From assembly GCA_051362555.1 (NCBI GenBank), contig CM120641.1:6262001-6326000 (forward strand): a DNA stretch of 64,000 nt. Direction: 5' to 3'. How positions within the stretch are numbered: the first letter of the stretch is position 1; every line of letters begins with the position of its first letter. Origin of the DNA: Lingula anatina (lineage: Eukaryota > Animalia > Brachiopoda). Made by a program: the position numbers and the translations under genes. Below the pieces are notes generated by a model. The model had not been told where the DNA came from, ran no database searches, and saw nothing but the letters and a program-made list of their open reading frames with translations. Shown one piece after another: positions 38,564-52,000 of the stretch.

Positions 38564-39381
38564 CTAAAAGTTTGGACTTTCCTTAAAGAAAAACCCAGCT
38601 CTTTTGGAATATAAAAGTCTGCTCCCGTTTCCAAGCCTGACTCCATACAAATGATTATTAACTGCTCTTCCAAAGTCTACATCAGTTGGTTTCACAATGC
38701 CACCTTCAGCAAGAGCCATCATCAAAACAATATCTCTGAACAGAGATGGTGGGATGTTTGCTTGTTGTACTGTGTCAAATTCATTCCTCAGGTTTCCGCT
38801 GAAATAGCCCAAGTCCGTGTCCTTTGTTTCAGTTAATGTTTCCTGAAACGGTTCAGAACAAAGCAAAAACCTTGTCAATTTTTTACAAATTAAAATCAAT
38901 ATAAATATTAAACAAATTCAGGTAATAAAATTGTAATTAATATTCTTAGAATTTGATCATCTTTATGAGATAAAGATTTAGTCTACATGTGGACATTGTA
39001 AGAGCACACCTTATTAACAGGTTGTTCTTCAACTGGACTTGTTTTTTCTTCTTCTGCATTCAAAGGTCCAATATTTTCACTTGCCATTGTCAGATTGATT
39101 TTTGTAGATGATACTTTGTTAAAGGGTTTTGGGGCCGCTATAACAAGTTCTTTCTCCCTTCTAGCTTTGGCGCGCCTGTTTTGGAACCACGTTGTGACAA
39201 ATTCTGTGTTTTTGCCTATTTCCTTTGCCAGCAGCGCTTTACTACCCCTTGAAGGCCAATGGTCACGCTTGTAAAGTTGGTTCAGCTTTTGTAATTCACA
39301 AGGCGTTATTATGGACCGTTTCCTTCTTTTCCTTAGCTGAATTCCAGTCAGTACGTCGTCTGCTGGCATGTGGTCGGCCAT
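38564..39381 (-). CDS. Divergent PRD-like (Q50) homeobox protein, 2 exons, about 216 aa
   Basis: Exon 1 39381-39010 (AAG|gtgtgc) and exon 2 38842-38564 (gtttcag|GAA), phase 0. Homeodomain KRRKRSIITPCELQKLNQLYKRDHWPSRGSKALLAKEIGKNTEFVTTWFQNRRAKARRE. Confidence 0.88.
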
Positions 39382-40069
39382 TTTGTTAAACCAAATGCGC
39401 GCAAGTGCTTGTTTGGCGGAAAAAAGCTATGTGTTATCGCGAAATATGTTAAATTATTGATAATAAATTAAACCATGAAAGTAACTGAAGGATAAAGCTT
39501 TGACAAACACCTTACATTTACATAGACCATGTCAAAGTATTTAAATGAATTTTACAGTGTATTCACGCGCGTTAGCTTCAATTTACCTACGGACGGGTTT
39601 CGTTTTCTCTCAGGTTGCTACGTTGATCAAAGTAAAAAAATGGCAAAACGAATGCGTATTAAATAAGTAAAATTAAGATGATTTAATGTTTGATTTAAGT
39701 AATATCCCTTTGTTACTGAAATTGCTCAAGCTTGAAAAAGTAGGTTAATCATCGCGAGTTCTGATCACCTTACATAATGAGGTCAAGACACAAGATGGCA
39801 GCTTCCTGTGCAGTTTGTATGGCGATCAAAATACCATTGTAAAACGCTGGTATTACAAAGTGAACGTGATTTGTAGATTTAAACACGTGGGCATATGGTA
39901 TATGTGGAAAGATGAACCAATATATGTGCAGTTTTCAGAGCTTGTTCTTCCGGGCAAATGTCGAAACTTGAATGCCTCAACTGTCAACAATGTGGATTTG
40001 TCTTATGACACAACAAGGTTGTCAGTGTCACAAGAACCTTGATCAGTGAGAAGCGTCATACACCAAAAT
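39382..40069. promoter_or_regulatory. Bidirectional promoter and 5' UTRs between the homeobox gene and LYST
   Basis: The two ATGs diverge 688 bp apart. CpG-rich motifs (gcgcgc, tcgcga, acgcgcgt). YY1-like AANATGGC motifs at about 39637 and 39792, and at the homeobox start. Confidence 0.6.
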
Positions 40070-43000
40070 ATGGAAAGAACAGTACTAAGAAGAAGTTGGG
40101 ATAGGTTTATGGTTGCACCCACCGACAATTTGAACCACCTGGTAAGTTGAGGTGAATTCATTGGCTTGGTGATTTAAAGTCCATACATGTACAGTACAGT
40201 ATATAGCCTTCACCTTACATGCTGTGATGGTTCATTTGACTAGCGCTAGATCTACATCAGTCTAAAACAGTTTGACTCTTTATCTTTGTACAGAGGTTTA
40301 TCGTTTTGAATTACATTGTCTATGTTACTGTTGTATGAACCAATGTATTAGGGAACTGGTGGGTCAATTTGAACTTTGTTTTAAAACAAACTCTCGAGGT
40401 GATTTCCAACCAGTGAACTCTCTTGATCTCTGTCAGACCACTGAAACTTTGGACTTTTGAACCAAAATGTTATTTGTGAAACTTGAGCTTTTCTCCATCT
40501 TTTTGTTGTTGTTGTCATTGATTTTTGAAACAATAAATTATTGAACCAGTGGCCAAGCATCCAGACTGGTGGGATTCAAACTCAGTACAGTATGACCAGG
40601 CACCAATTTCGCTATCTCACAATTAACACAGACACGGAAACAGATGATGAATAATATGCAGCATATATTTATATTTATATGGTTATAAAAGCTTAGTGTG
40701 TTATGATGACATAGTGATCTTAAGGTTATTATATTTACTAGTGTGATCAAATGAGAGTACTATATTACACTACAAATGTATGCTTTCTGTCACATTTTGA
40801 TAAGTTGTTTACATCTTGTTAGAATAATTAAAGCAGAAAACAACTTGTCGTCTTTCACAAGACAGGATTTTTTTTTGTCACCTGACCTAATCTAGCTGTG
40901 CTATGTGACAGTTAACATGTGTTTACCTGCACTGCACATTATCATATCAGCAATGTAGCTAAAAAGCAGAAATTGCTTTGTTCTAATTAAGTTGCTACGT
41001 ACCAGTATAATTCAAATAATAAGGCTTTGAGTTTGATATTAGTCAAGTTGAAAAATGGTCCCGTTTCCTTTTTTCAGTTTTCCTTACCTTTCTACTTTTT
41101 TGTGTGATTTTAAAAATTGAATGTACCTTCAAGGTATATATTTATACATTTTGTGATATCCAAAACTGGATTTTCTTTTTTTTTTTATCAGTTTTCCTTG
41201 CCTTTCTACTTGTTGTGTGATTTTAAAAACTGAATGCAACCATATGATTTCAACTACATATAGTATAACTGTATTAAACTACCACAGTGTTAATTTCTGA
41301 ATCATTATTTACCCTAAAAGGGATATTTGCACAGATATTAATTTCGTTTCTGCTTACTATATACTTCCTTTGCCTAGCAGGAGGCAAGAAAGGAGATACA
41401 TTTTAAAGCCACTTTATGCTACCAGATAGATTCATTTCAGGTGTGTCTTGACATGTGGATTTTATTTGTGTTGTTTAAAATTCTGGTGCTAATAATTTAT
41501 ATACATTACTATTAAGGTATTTACTCTCGTTTCATTTGTATCTTTAAGTTATGACTCGTTATATTAATGTGACATGGTAATGGTTTTACCTTTTTTTTTA
41601 CCACATTTGATGGTATAAGCTGTATTAGATCAAACCTAATCGCAGTATATAATGTTATATCAACATGACAATAGGATTATCTGCTGATCATCAGATTAAT
41701 CAGTTAAAATGATACACTTTAGACTTTTAAAAACCCATGATAAGTTCAGTGAGGCCAGTGTTTCTGTTAAACAGTTTTGATTACATGCTATGCATTATAG
41801 ATGTCATAGGGATTTATAGTTTAATGTGGCTTTTCAAGAGAAATGCTGTCTTCGTGTTGAGACATCTCTAACGCAATCAGTGCAACTGTCAGGTTTGAGA
41901 TTATTTTCATAGTACATGGATTTGTTTATTTACATCTTCAAGTGCCATCTTAAAACTTGTTAACAAACACATGAACATTGATTAATATTAATGAATTAAA
42001 TTTTCAGATATTCATTCATTGTAAATTCTTCTGGCTCACTTGGCTGTTGCCTAATTACATCTAACAAATACTTGTATTTAAGCAGATAAGTTGAAATACT
42101 GTAGATATACTGCATATAGTTCACCGTACATATACAGCAGGTAGATACATTTGATCAATTTGAATGAAGCATTATCTGATTAAATCTACAAAGTTTCGAT
42201 AATGGAAGGCTATTTTATGGCCACAAGGTCACTATTAAATGTTGATTTAAAGGTAGAACCATGAAGATTATTGCAGTTTTATTACCACTTTCTCACATTG
42301 ATCACCCAGGTTGACATATATTCCCTGGAACTGAGGACCTCCTGACCATCTTACAGGTCTATACAATAATAAATTGCTGCAATCTTAGAGATCTGTATAA
42401 ATGTCTTGATCTACACTTCTGCGCTCTTTTAGTATCGTGCAATATATATTTCTTCAGTTGTTAAGTCTACCCTCCAAGGCTTTTATGCTATTTAATTTTA
42501 TGCTAAATATTTTAAATACTGAAATCATGAATGAATGAAATTTTGTCAGACTGATATGTCTTTCCTTATAAAATATATCCCTGTCTTCATTTTTCATTAG
42601 GAATGACTTGTTAACCCTTTTTTTCAGTAATGTAAGCTGTTATCATCTTGGGAAACTTGTCTGGAGAATTTTCTACTCATGAATCAGGTTTCAGGGTGTC
42701 TATGCATCATTTGTTCAAAACGTGAATTTTCATGAATAACTGAGTGCATTTCAAAGTTCATCATATTGTGTGTAACTGTGAAATGGGGAAATTTGATATT
42801 CAACCAAAGCAAGGGATATTTACTTGTATGTCTATTCTAGATTTTCATTATAATCAAGGATGGTTTATTGTTTATGAATATTTTATTTCAGTTATTTTGA
42901 TAGTTCAACAGGTTTGTTCTAAACAACTAAAGATAAGACTGACATTATTAAAAATTGTTCAATGTTGCAGTAATTAAGAATTTATTCTTTGGAACAAGAT

Positions 43001-46000
43001 TATGTTGAGATGTGGTACATATATATATGAATGAACTTACTTATTTAACTAGAGGCAGTTTAGGGCTCCTTGAGGATGGTACAGACATTATCATGTGCAT
43101 GTATAAAAGTTTGTAATCGTGTTAGAGTTGACATCATTGCCTCGGGATATGTCTCATGACGATTTCTGTTACATGAGATGTGCAAAAATAGATAAATCAT
43201 ATACTAGTGCTTTCAATGACTTTAAATTTTTTTATTTTTTTTAAAATTAAAATTCATATTAAAAACCAAAATTTAAAGGGTTTTTTAATTTTTGTTGCAA
43301 AAGAGGTCTTTTATCAGCTTTGAAAACTATCAGAATTGTTTTTATGATGGATTTTGGTAGTAATGGTCTCATCATTATCTAGTTAAAGGCATCTAGAAAT
43401 TTTCATGATTTATAGCATAATGTTTAGTACATCGCATCCCCAGTATAGAAACATGCCACATGGTCAGAAAGCACATTTGGTTATTATGTACAGTCGGGAA
43501 CATCATGATTGTCTGTTCTCGATGTATTGCAGAGGTAAAAAATACTGAAAGACTTGTATATATATATATAATTATACAAAATTAATGTACCTGACACATT
43601 TGAAGTGTTATTTTCGTGTATGTTCTGGTAATATTGGTTTTTATTTTTCTTTCAGCTGCGATCATCATGCCTGGATCAATTTTTGAAACTGTATTTGAAG
43701 GAACTGTACAGCCAAGAAGAGACAGGCATAACCAAGAGTTCTTTGAAGTTTAGGTAAAATGAGGACTTCTGACTTGGATCATATGTAAAGCTTTGTCTGT
43801 TTTAAGATTTGTTTTTGAATAAGATGTAATATTTTGTTTTAGAACTTACCTATTTAGTTGCTCACATTAGCACATTATTTCTCAAATGCTACAGCTATGA
43901 TGCTATATTTACTGAAGGAAATAGAAATTGCACTTGGTTGTTTGTTTTTGTTTTTGTTTTTCTTTATGCTATTGATTTTGATTAGATTTTTCACTTGGTT
44001 GTGCATAAATTTCAAGACTAATTTTATAAGCCAGTAACTCTTTAGTTATAAAGAACCCATAAGATTTTGTAGTGATGGAGTTTAAATGTTAACCCCATTA
44101 ATGTTTAGCACCTTACATTTATCAGGCAAGTGACCGAGAAAGATAAAATCTTATAAATACAGGTATATAACAAGAATTTTATTATACAAGTATAAAGATT
44201 GTAATTTTTTTGAGAACTCAAAACTTTTCAAACCTTATATTGTTAGCAACCATCCATCAAGATTACTTTGGGGCTATCAAAAAGTTGGATAGATTCAGAT
44301 TAAAAGTTGCTTAAGTTTTTCAATTGATGTACGTTTTATATTAACCTCTCTCTCTCTCTCTGTTGCTTGCTTGCTACTATAGATCTGGCATAACTCTTTA
44401 TCTAGTTATGTCAACAGATTGATACCCTTAAGATATAATAGTGGGCCACAGGGTAATGTATCACATATCAGATATATATAGGAAGGAGAGGACTGTGGTG
44501 CTGAATCAAGTCTCCTTAACTTCAAATTCTTTAACATGGATAGGTATTTTGATATATTTTTCTTTTCAAAGAATCCATACTATAGGTTAAGCACAGTCAT
44601 ATGAGTGAAATTTATTTGATTTTTCTCATAGATGGCTAAGATGCCAAAGATTGGCTGCACACAATGCAGTGCCTGAGGGCTATCATAAGATGTGAGGGGG
44701 ATAGGCTTTTCCCTGTCCTTGAACCCCTGAGGGATTTAGAACTAGGATATGTAGTGAACTGGATCTGTGTGTGCTACATGTAAATAGAGATTTGCTTATA
44801 CATATATAACATGTCTTTTACTGTATTTCCAGTGATATGCAGAGTGTTGGCAATGTTCTGGCGACAGAATTTATGGCTGATATTCAACGGCTTTGTAACA
44901 GCGCCAAGAGTGAGGACGATGCATCTGGAGTGGTGAATTACCTTTTAGAACAGAGAGGATGGATGTTGCTACAGGTCTTGCAACACATTGGTGTAAAGGT
45001 ATTATTATTGTTTAGGAATGTTTAGTGCAAATTAATGAAAAAAAAGAATAATGACAGTTTTAATACTTGGTGTGATATGATTTTCTCTGTTTGTGAAATG
45101 TATAAAGCAAAATATTAGCTTGATTACACAAATGTTTTAGTTAGTGATCACATGTTGTCCTTAAATGTTGCACTGTCATTTACTGGTTCACCATTGGTTG
45201 GTTAATCATTAGCTAAACAGTGAGGACCTGAAAGCTGAAAGCTAGGGTGATGCCAGTGCTGCCTGGGCTCTTTATTTCCTTGTTTGTTTATCATTTCATG
45301 TGGTAATCACGCATTCAGTGTTGATGTTGGGATCAAAGTCAAGGACATTGAAGATTAGATTTTGAATATTCTGTATTGATTGTTACATATACAGTATGAT
45401 ATTTTTTGTATTACATTGGGTAATGCTTTGTTGTTGTTTTTTCAGTATTAAGTATATCTAATATAGTTTTTAAATAGACAATGTAGTTAGGGGAAAACAC
45501 TATATATTACTCTTATCCTGCAGTTGGAATAGATTCTTACTGTGAGCCTATTAACATTCATTTTTGCCATTGTGTTTTTCATATTTTTTCAGAACCTTAC
45601 ATGTGGGGAAGAATTTGTCACTCTACTGGTATCCTTGCTCAATTTAACTTGTGGATTTCCAGTAGTAAAAAGAAAAGGAGATGCTCAAACTGGTAAAAAA
45701 AATGGCATAAACATTGTATTGAATTTTAAACTTTAAGTTTTGATAACAATAATTTGGTAGTGTTTTACAAACTTTTAAGGATTTAAGTGCAAGTAGGCTT
45801 TTGTTGCCAGTATCCAGTATTCCTTCAGTGTCTCATCATTTTATTTTTCCTTCAGGTGTTGAGTTCGAGCTTCAAGACTTAGAGCAATGTCTACAGCATG
45901 GAGCATCACTTGCATCCAAGAGGAGCCATGTTTTGGCAGGGCGCCACCTTCTGGACATGCGTTCCACCAACAAGAGACAACAGAAGGTCAACATTTCTGA

Positions 46001-49000
46001 AGTGCATATTGATACATCAGGGTCTGAGGAAGACAAAAATGAGAACTCTGCTGGAAGAAAGAAGTCCAAGGCAAAATTACACACCTTACTTCAAACTCTC
46101 TCTAAAGACTTTGCCTTCCTGAGTGATTATGCTCAATCATTTGACCAGAAGGGAAAGCAGGAAGAGGTGCAGCTTGGAAAGAAAGATGTCAGCCCTCTGG
46201 AGTTATGTATTTTGGTGCTTGCTTTGGTTCAGGATGTGTGCCAAAGTGATATTTCTCCAATATTGCCCAGTAGAAGCGTCTCAGCTGATGTGCTCCCCCT
46301 GCTTACTCAGCTTCTCTCTGACCTACACAAGGACAATGACCCAAGTCAACATGCTCTCCTTAGAGGCTGGACACAGCAAGAAGTGATCACATTTGAGAGA
46401 CATCTGATAAGAGCTATATTTGCTCTCTCGGCTGTGCTTAGCCGCAGATCAGACACAGGGGGCTTGGCTTTAGTGGAAATTGGACTCATCCCTACACTCC
46501 TTGATGTAGCCAGGTTAGCATTGACAAATGCTAGACTGAATTCACTATACAGAAGTGAAAAAGAAATCACTGCCACCATTGTTAAAGGAGACACCAGTTT
46601 CTTGTTGGACATACTCAAAGGTATTCTGCTTTTGTTGGAGGTTGTATTTGATAATCTTCCCTGTAATTTGACATACCTGAACAATGCTCTTAGACTGTTC
46701 ACAGATTTTAAAGAAGCAAAAGGCTTTGAATTAGTTGAAAGTGTAATCAAGTACTTGGACGAAACAATCAAAGAGAATAGATCAACAAAACAAGTGAGTG
46801 CTCCTGCTAAGCATATCCAAGAGCTGTTGTCGTGCCTGGTAAGAGTGATGGATGCACTTAAGAGAGCCAAGGTGGACTACATCCATGCTATTAAATGCCT
46901 CAAGAAGAAACACAAGGCATGCATGAGCACGTACCATCGTTATATCCACCACCATCACGACACCCTGGGGGAGGCATGCTCTCTCCAAGAAGAACACCTC
47001 TTCCTGCAGAGTGACAGTCAGGGGAGTATAGATGGCCAGCAGTTGGAAGGACAGTTGTCTGATTCTGTAGGAGGATCCATTTGTGCTGCAGCAGCCATAG
47101 CCTTGTTTTTGCTCAAACTTTTCAAATCGGTGCAATCTAGGTATTCTTTAACCAACATACTATACTGTATTGACAATTCAGGACTGTGCTGCTGCATTCC
47201 TCCTGAGTTTTTGATCAAGCCCATGCTGCAAGGGTTCAGTAAGAAAAGCCAGTCTCTGAGAAACTACACTTTGATTATTCTAGTCAAACTGCTTTTGGAG
47301 CAATGTGGTGGAGCCAAAGTTGGTGCTGATAAAATGGATCCATGCAGCGTGTGCACCAAAAATCCCCCTGTGTTTACACCAGCTGATCACACACAGAAGA
47401 CTATAGAGGAGAAAATAACAGCCTCAGATAGTGCTCTGTCCAGCAGTGAAGTTAGCTTACAGAGTGACAATCAAGATCAACAGAAGCCCAAATGGATGGT
47501 GCTCAAAGTTTTCTCTGACCTCATTATGCAGGAAAATGAGACAGTCAGCTCACAGGTTGCAAAGCACTTGTTGAGACTGGGCTATCACAGTGGTGATGAG
47601 TTGAAGCATGAGCTGTTCAGATGTGTTTTCCTGCCCCTCCTTCAAAGAATTAAAAGCTCAAAGACAAACGACTTTCCTGAGGTTGTATCACAATATGTGG
47701 TGGGTGCTCTACCACACCTTCTTCAAGCCAAACCTACTCAGGAGTTGTTCTTGCTGCAAGATGGAGTTCAGCACCTCTGTAGCCTGGTCTTCAAGGACAA
47801 TCTGCGTGAGCCAGTTCTGAAAGTATTTGAGGTACTAATTACTGCAGATGTTAAGGAAGCTGAGAAAATGGCAAGTCCAGACTACAGTCCCAGTGGTAAA
47901 ACCAATACTAGGGTGCTACCATCTTCACTTCAGCAGAGTCCATCAAAGGCGGCCAGTATCCCAAGATATTACTCTGCAGAGTTGGTAATTCCAGCCTTTC
48001 TTGAGTTATTGCTTGAATCAGATGATGAAGATATGGATAAAACTGATGAAACAGACTTTGGGTCAAGCAGAAAGTTTGGAGCTTTTATGAAAGACCAGTT
48101 GCTTCCAAATGTATTGTCATCTTTGTCTGATATATGGAGCACAGCTGAAAGACTGGTTCAAAACAGTAAACCATTTGAGGACCTTTTCACGAGAAAAGGT
48201 GGGCCTGGTGCTGCCTATTGCTTGCTGCTAAAGTTGTTGGAGTTGGTGACAGAAAAAGAGAAACCATTTGAGGAAAACATTGAATTGGATGGCTGCACCC
48301 AAGCAGACTCTGTTACTGATACTATAAGCATTGGTTCTGCTACAATTTCTGAATGTTCATATCCAGGCACACCAAGGGAAAGCCTGCAGGTAAGCTTTCA
48401 CTTAAACTTTTACACTTAACTGAATGGTGTGTGCATGCATGCGTTTGTTTGTTCATTTGTTTGACTCTTGAGATTCAAATTTAACTGTACAAATGTGGCG
48501 GACACGTCACAGTAAAGGTAGACATTTTGTTTTAGTTTAAAATAGACTGTTATAGATTTTCAGTCTTCTCTTTAAAGATATCACGCATGAAAAAGAAACA
48601 GTTAAAGATATCAAAGGATTTAAATATATTATGATGAATGGTATTTTTTAGGAGGATACCAAAGTGCCTCAGGTTTTACTGACCAAACCAAGTAATGACC
48701 CCCACACTGTTCTCAAGCATAAATTACTACTTATAGAAGCTCTGGTCAAAATTTGCCTTCGCTGCTGCGCCAAGGATTCTCTTGGGAAACAGGTAAGTGT
48801 ACACCTTAAATATTATTTTTATTTGAAGAGTTACTTTATCCTATGTATTAAAGTTCTGGGGCCGTATTCTCAAAACTTTGTAACTTACAACAATTTGTAA
48901 CTATTTACGTGAATTTGTATCTTAGACTTACACGGTATTCTCAAAACTCTTGTAAGTCGTGGACTTACAAACTCTTGTAACTTTTCACGTAACTTTCCGG

Positions 49001-52000
49001 AAGTGACGTTTGGTCCATGAATAACCCGCATCGACGTGTTTCACTGCCGTGCTTTGCGGCGATAAAACGCTTATCTAGACATAAAAGTCTCTTGAAATGT
49101 ATTGAGAATCATTCAAAAAGACGTTTCTTAACATTTTCTTACAAGTTTTCGTCGGAAAATTCACTCATTTTAAATGTGCTTCCTCCGACATGCGAGCTCA
49201 GAAATCGGACTTGGCTCCTCTTGTGGGATTCCCCCAGCTGGGATTCCCCAAGTTTGCCGCTAGCAAAAAGCACTTTATTTCATTAAATTTACAATGAAAA
49301 CGTGTGTGAATATTTCTTACAGTAATTAGCTTATAATAAACACTCACCACATTGTTCAAATTTGATACTTGCTTGGATTTCATGCTATCTTAGGATACCA
49401 AAGCCACACAAATAAGTTCACACAATTCCTCTCTATATAAGGCATTCAATTAGATATAAAAGTGTTAATTTTATTTCAATATATAAACTTTGTTATTAAA
49501 TATGAGTGAGTATTTTTTTTTCTATGATGAAGAGTTAATAAATGATATCTTCATGTTAAGCCACAAATAATCACACAAATTAATTCACACAAATAAGTTG
49601 GACCAACTTTTCAAAAATGACATTCAATTTAATATGAACATGTTATTTTAAAATAAAATTGATAACTGTGATCAATTAATGGGTGTTGGTATAAAAGTGA
49701 AAATATTCTTCCTGTACACCTTTGTTGTTACCATAAAGAGTGAGTATTTTTTAATGTCAGTATGAAATGCACATTGTACTGGTACAAATGAACATGTACC
49801 TACAGGTCGGCTAGTATAAGCAGTAAAAAATTGAAAATAAAGGATTCTGTAAGTAAATAAAAACATGATTATAATAATAAATTTGGTAACTGATTACTCA
49901 GTCACATTTTCAATAATTTCAGGTATTTTTTGTTTCATATATTATCTACTAATTTACACTCACTGAAACTTAAAAAATATTCTTTCCTTCTGGATTTTTT
50001 CACCAACAGTTGTCATATGAGATGTAAATTCTTTACAAGTGCCTGTGTTCTTGTTTTATTTCACTGCAGCTGAGACTTACAAAACCTTAACAAAGATTCA
50101 TTTTAGGTGTATTAAATCATTTTGAACCTTGAAATGTGCTTGAATTTAGTTTTTAATCTGGGTGCATGAAGGCAGTAATTCACAGGAAGGGGAGATATTC
50201 CTTTTTGGACATTATTTAATTTCTATTTTTTAATGTTTCATCCCCAGTGTCTATAAAATTTAATTTAAATGATATATTACTTCCTCTTTTCTTTGTTATA
50301 GAAACTTATGAGTGACTTTACATTGCCCTCATTTGCATTTAAAGAGTCCTTGAAAAGCAACTGAATTAGTCTCAAAATTCTTATAAAATCCTTGAATTTG
50401 TTATGTTTATGTATGAACCTTGACATTGCACACTTTAATCATAGAAAGTTACACAAACATCCATGATAACTCACAAACAATTAAAATAAAAAGTGAAAGG
50501 TAATGATTATCCCTAAAACTGACTTAAGAAAAAAAGAAAAGAAAAGTTCTGTGACTACAAATTACAAGCCACAGCTGAAATATATTTCATAGCGAATTAT
50601 AAGATGTTTCTATTTGTTTACTCAAATTAAACAAATCAGTTTCCTGAAAATAGAGGGAAATTCACTGTACAGTGCATGCAATTTTAGTTTCAGCCATAAC
50701 ATGATGATAAGAAATACAAAATACTTCTTTATCCAAAACAAAACCCAAAATAATTCCTAATGAGCGATATATGATGAAAAGAGACATAATCTTGTGTGTG
50801 CATGTATGTGTGCATGTATGTGTGAGTGCATCATAAAAGAGAAAATACAGAAAAAAATGATAAGCATTAAAACTTTCAGGTATTATTATTGTTATTCATT
50901 ATTATTGTAACAAGACTAGATCTAAATATTTGTATTCTTTGAGGAACTTAAATAATGAAATATACTTATTTCTTTGGCAAAAAGTTTTTTTTTTAATTTT
51001 AAAATTAATATGGTATATATTGGTTTTACTTTCCCTTATCTTAGAACTGCAGCAAGTAGATGGGACTATGCAGGAATTATATTTTGCAATTGCAGTATGA
51101 AATCAATTTAAAAATGAAACAGTAGCAAGAAAACAGCTATAATTGTTAAGATCAAAGTGCAATCTAAGCAAGTGTCAGTTTACTCTAAAGAAGAATTTAC
51201 TCTGTAACTTTGTAATAAGTACAATGTTATATAAGGAAAGCCATAAGTGGAATACTATCAAAAATGCCAATATGTACAATATTTTACTAACTCACACATT
51301 ACTAGTAAGTCTTTTTTGGTATTTAAAACAGTTTTAAGTCATTTGTTTTTTCCATCAATGATAATTATCTCATTATTTGAACTGGACCTCCTTCATTTAA
51401 ATGGATAAACCGAGCCTTTTAAATTAGTTAAAATACTGTTTAAATATCTAAAATCACTCGAAAGTAGATGATAAGTCATTATTATAATCATTGAACCCTG
51501 CCAATCCATCATTATTTACAGAACCTACAAAATAAAGTTAATGAAACTTATGTATAGTTTTAAATGCAGCCATCAGCTGATCGAGGTCACCATGACGTGC
51601 CGAAAAGGGGGTCAACATTTGCAACTTTTTATCTACACGTTTCTATTCCTTTGGCAGCCTCTCGATACTTTTTGATACATAGTGTGCAGTATATCATTTT
51701 AAAGCATTTGAAACGTACTTTTTTTGTGATGTAGAAGGCATATATTTTCTCCACCACATGTATGGAATAGAGCCATAAGAACCTGAGTCAATGAATTGCA
51801 GATAAAAATGGCGATTTTCAGACACACCTTCACGACAAAATCTCACAGAAAATTTGTAAATAATATAATGACAGCAAACATTATACATCAGTTAAAAGAT
51901 AACTTTGTTCCGAACAAAACCCCATCTATTAACCTCGTTTTTTTAGTATAATTTTAATTTATTCACTGACTAAACATGTATCTTCATCCTAAAAAAGTCG

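Noticed and set aside
40540-40640. B-box-like gagtttgaatccc on the minus strand suggesting a tRNA or SINE
   Set aside because: No cloverleaf or A box could be built. At most a decayed SINE fragment.
41073-41237. ~50-bp direct duplication in LYST intron 1
   Set aside because: An ordinary local duplication with no further structure.
46346-47224. Antisense ORFs of 174, 117 and 68 aa within the large LYST exon
   Set aside because: Shadows of a long coding exon, with no independent splice or domain evidence.
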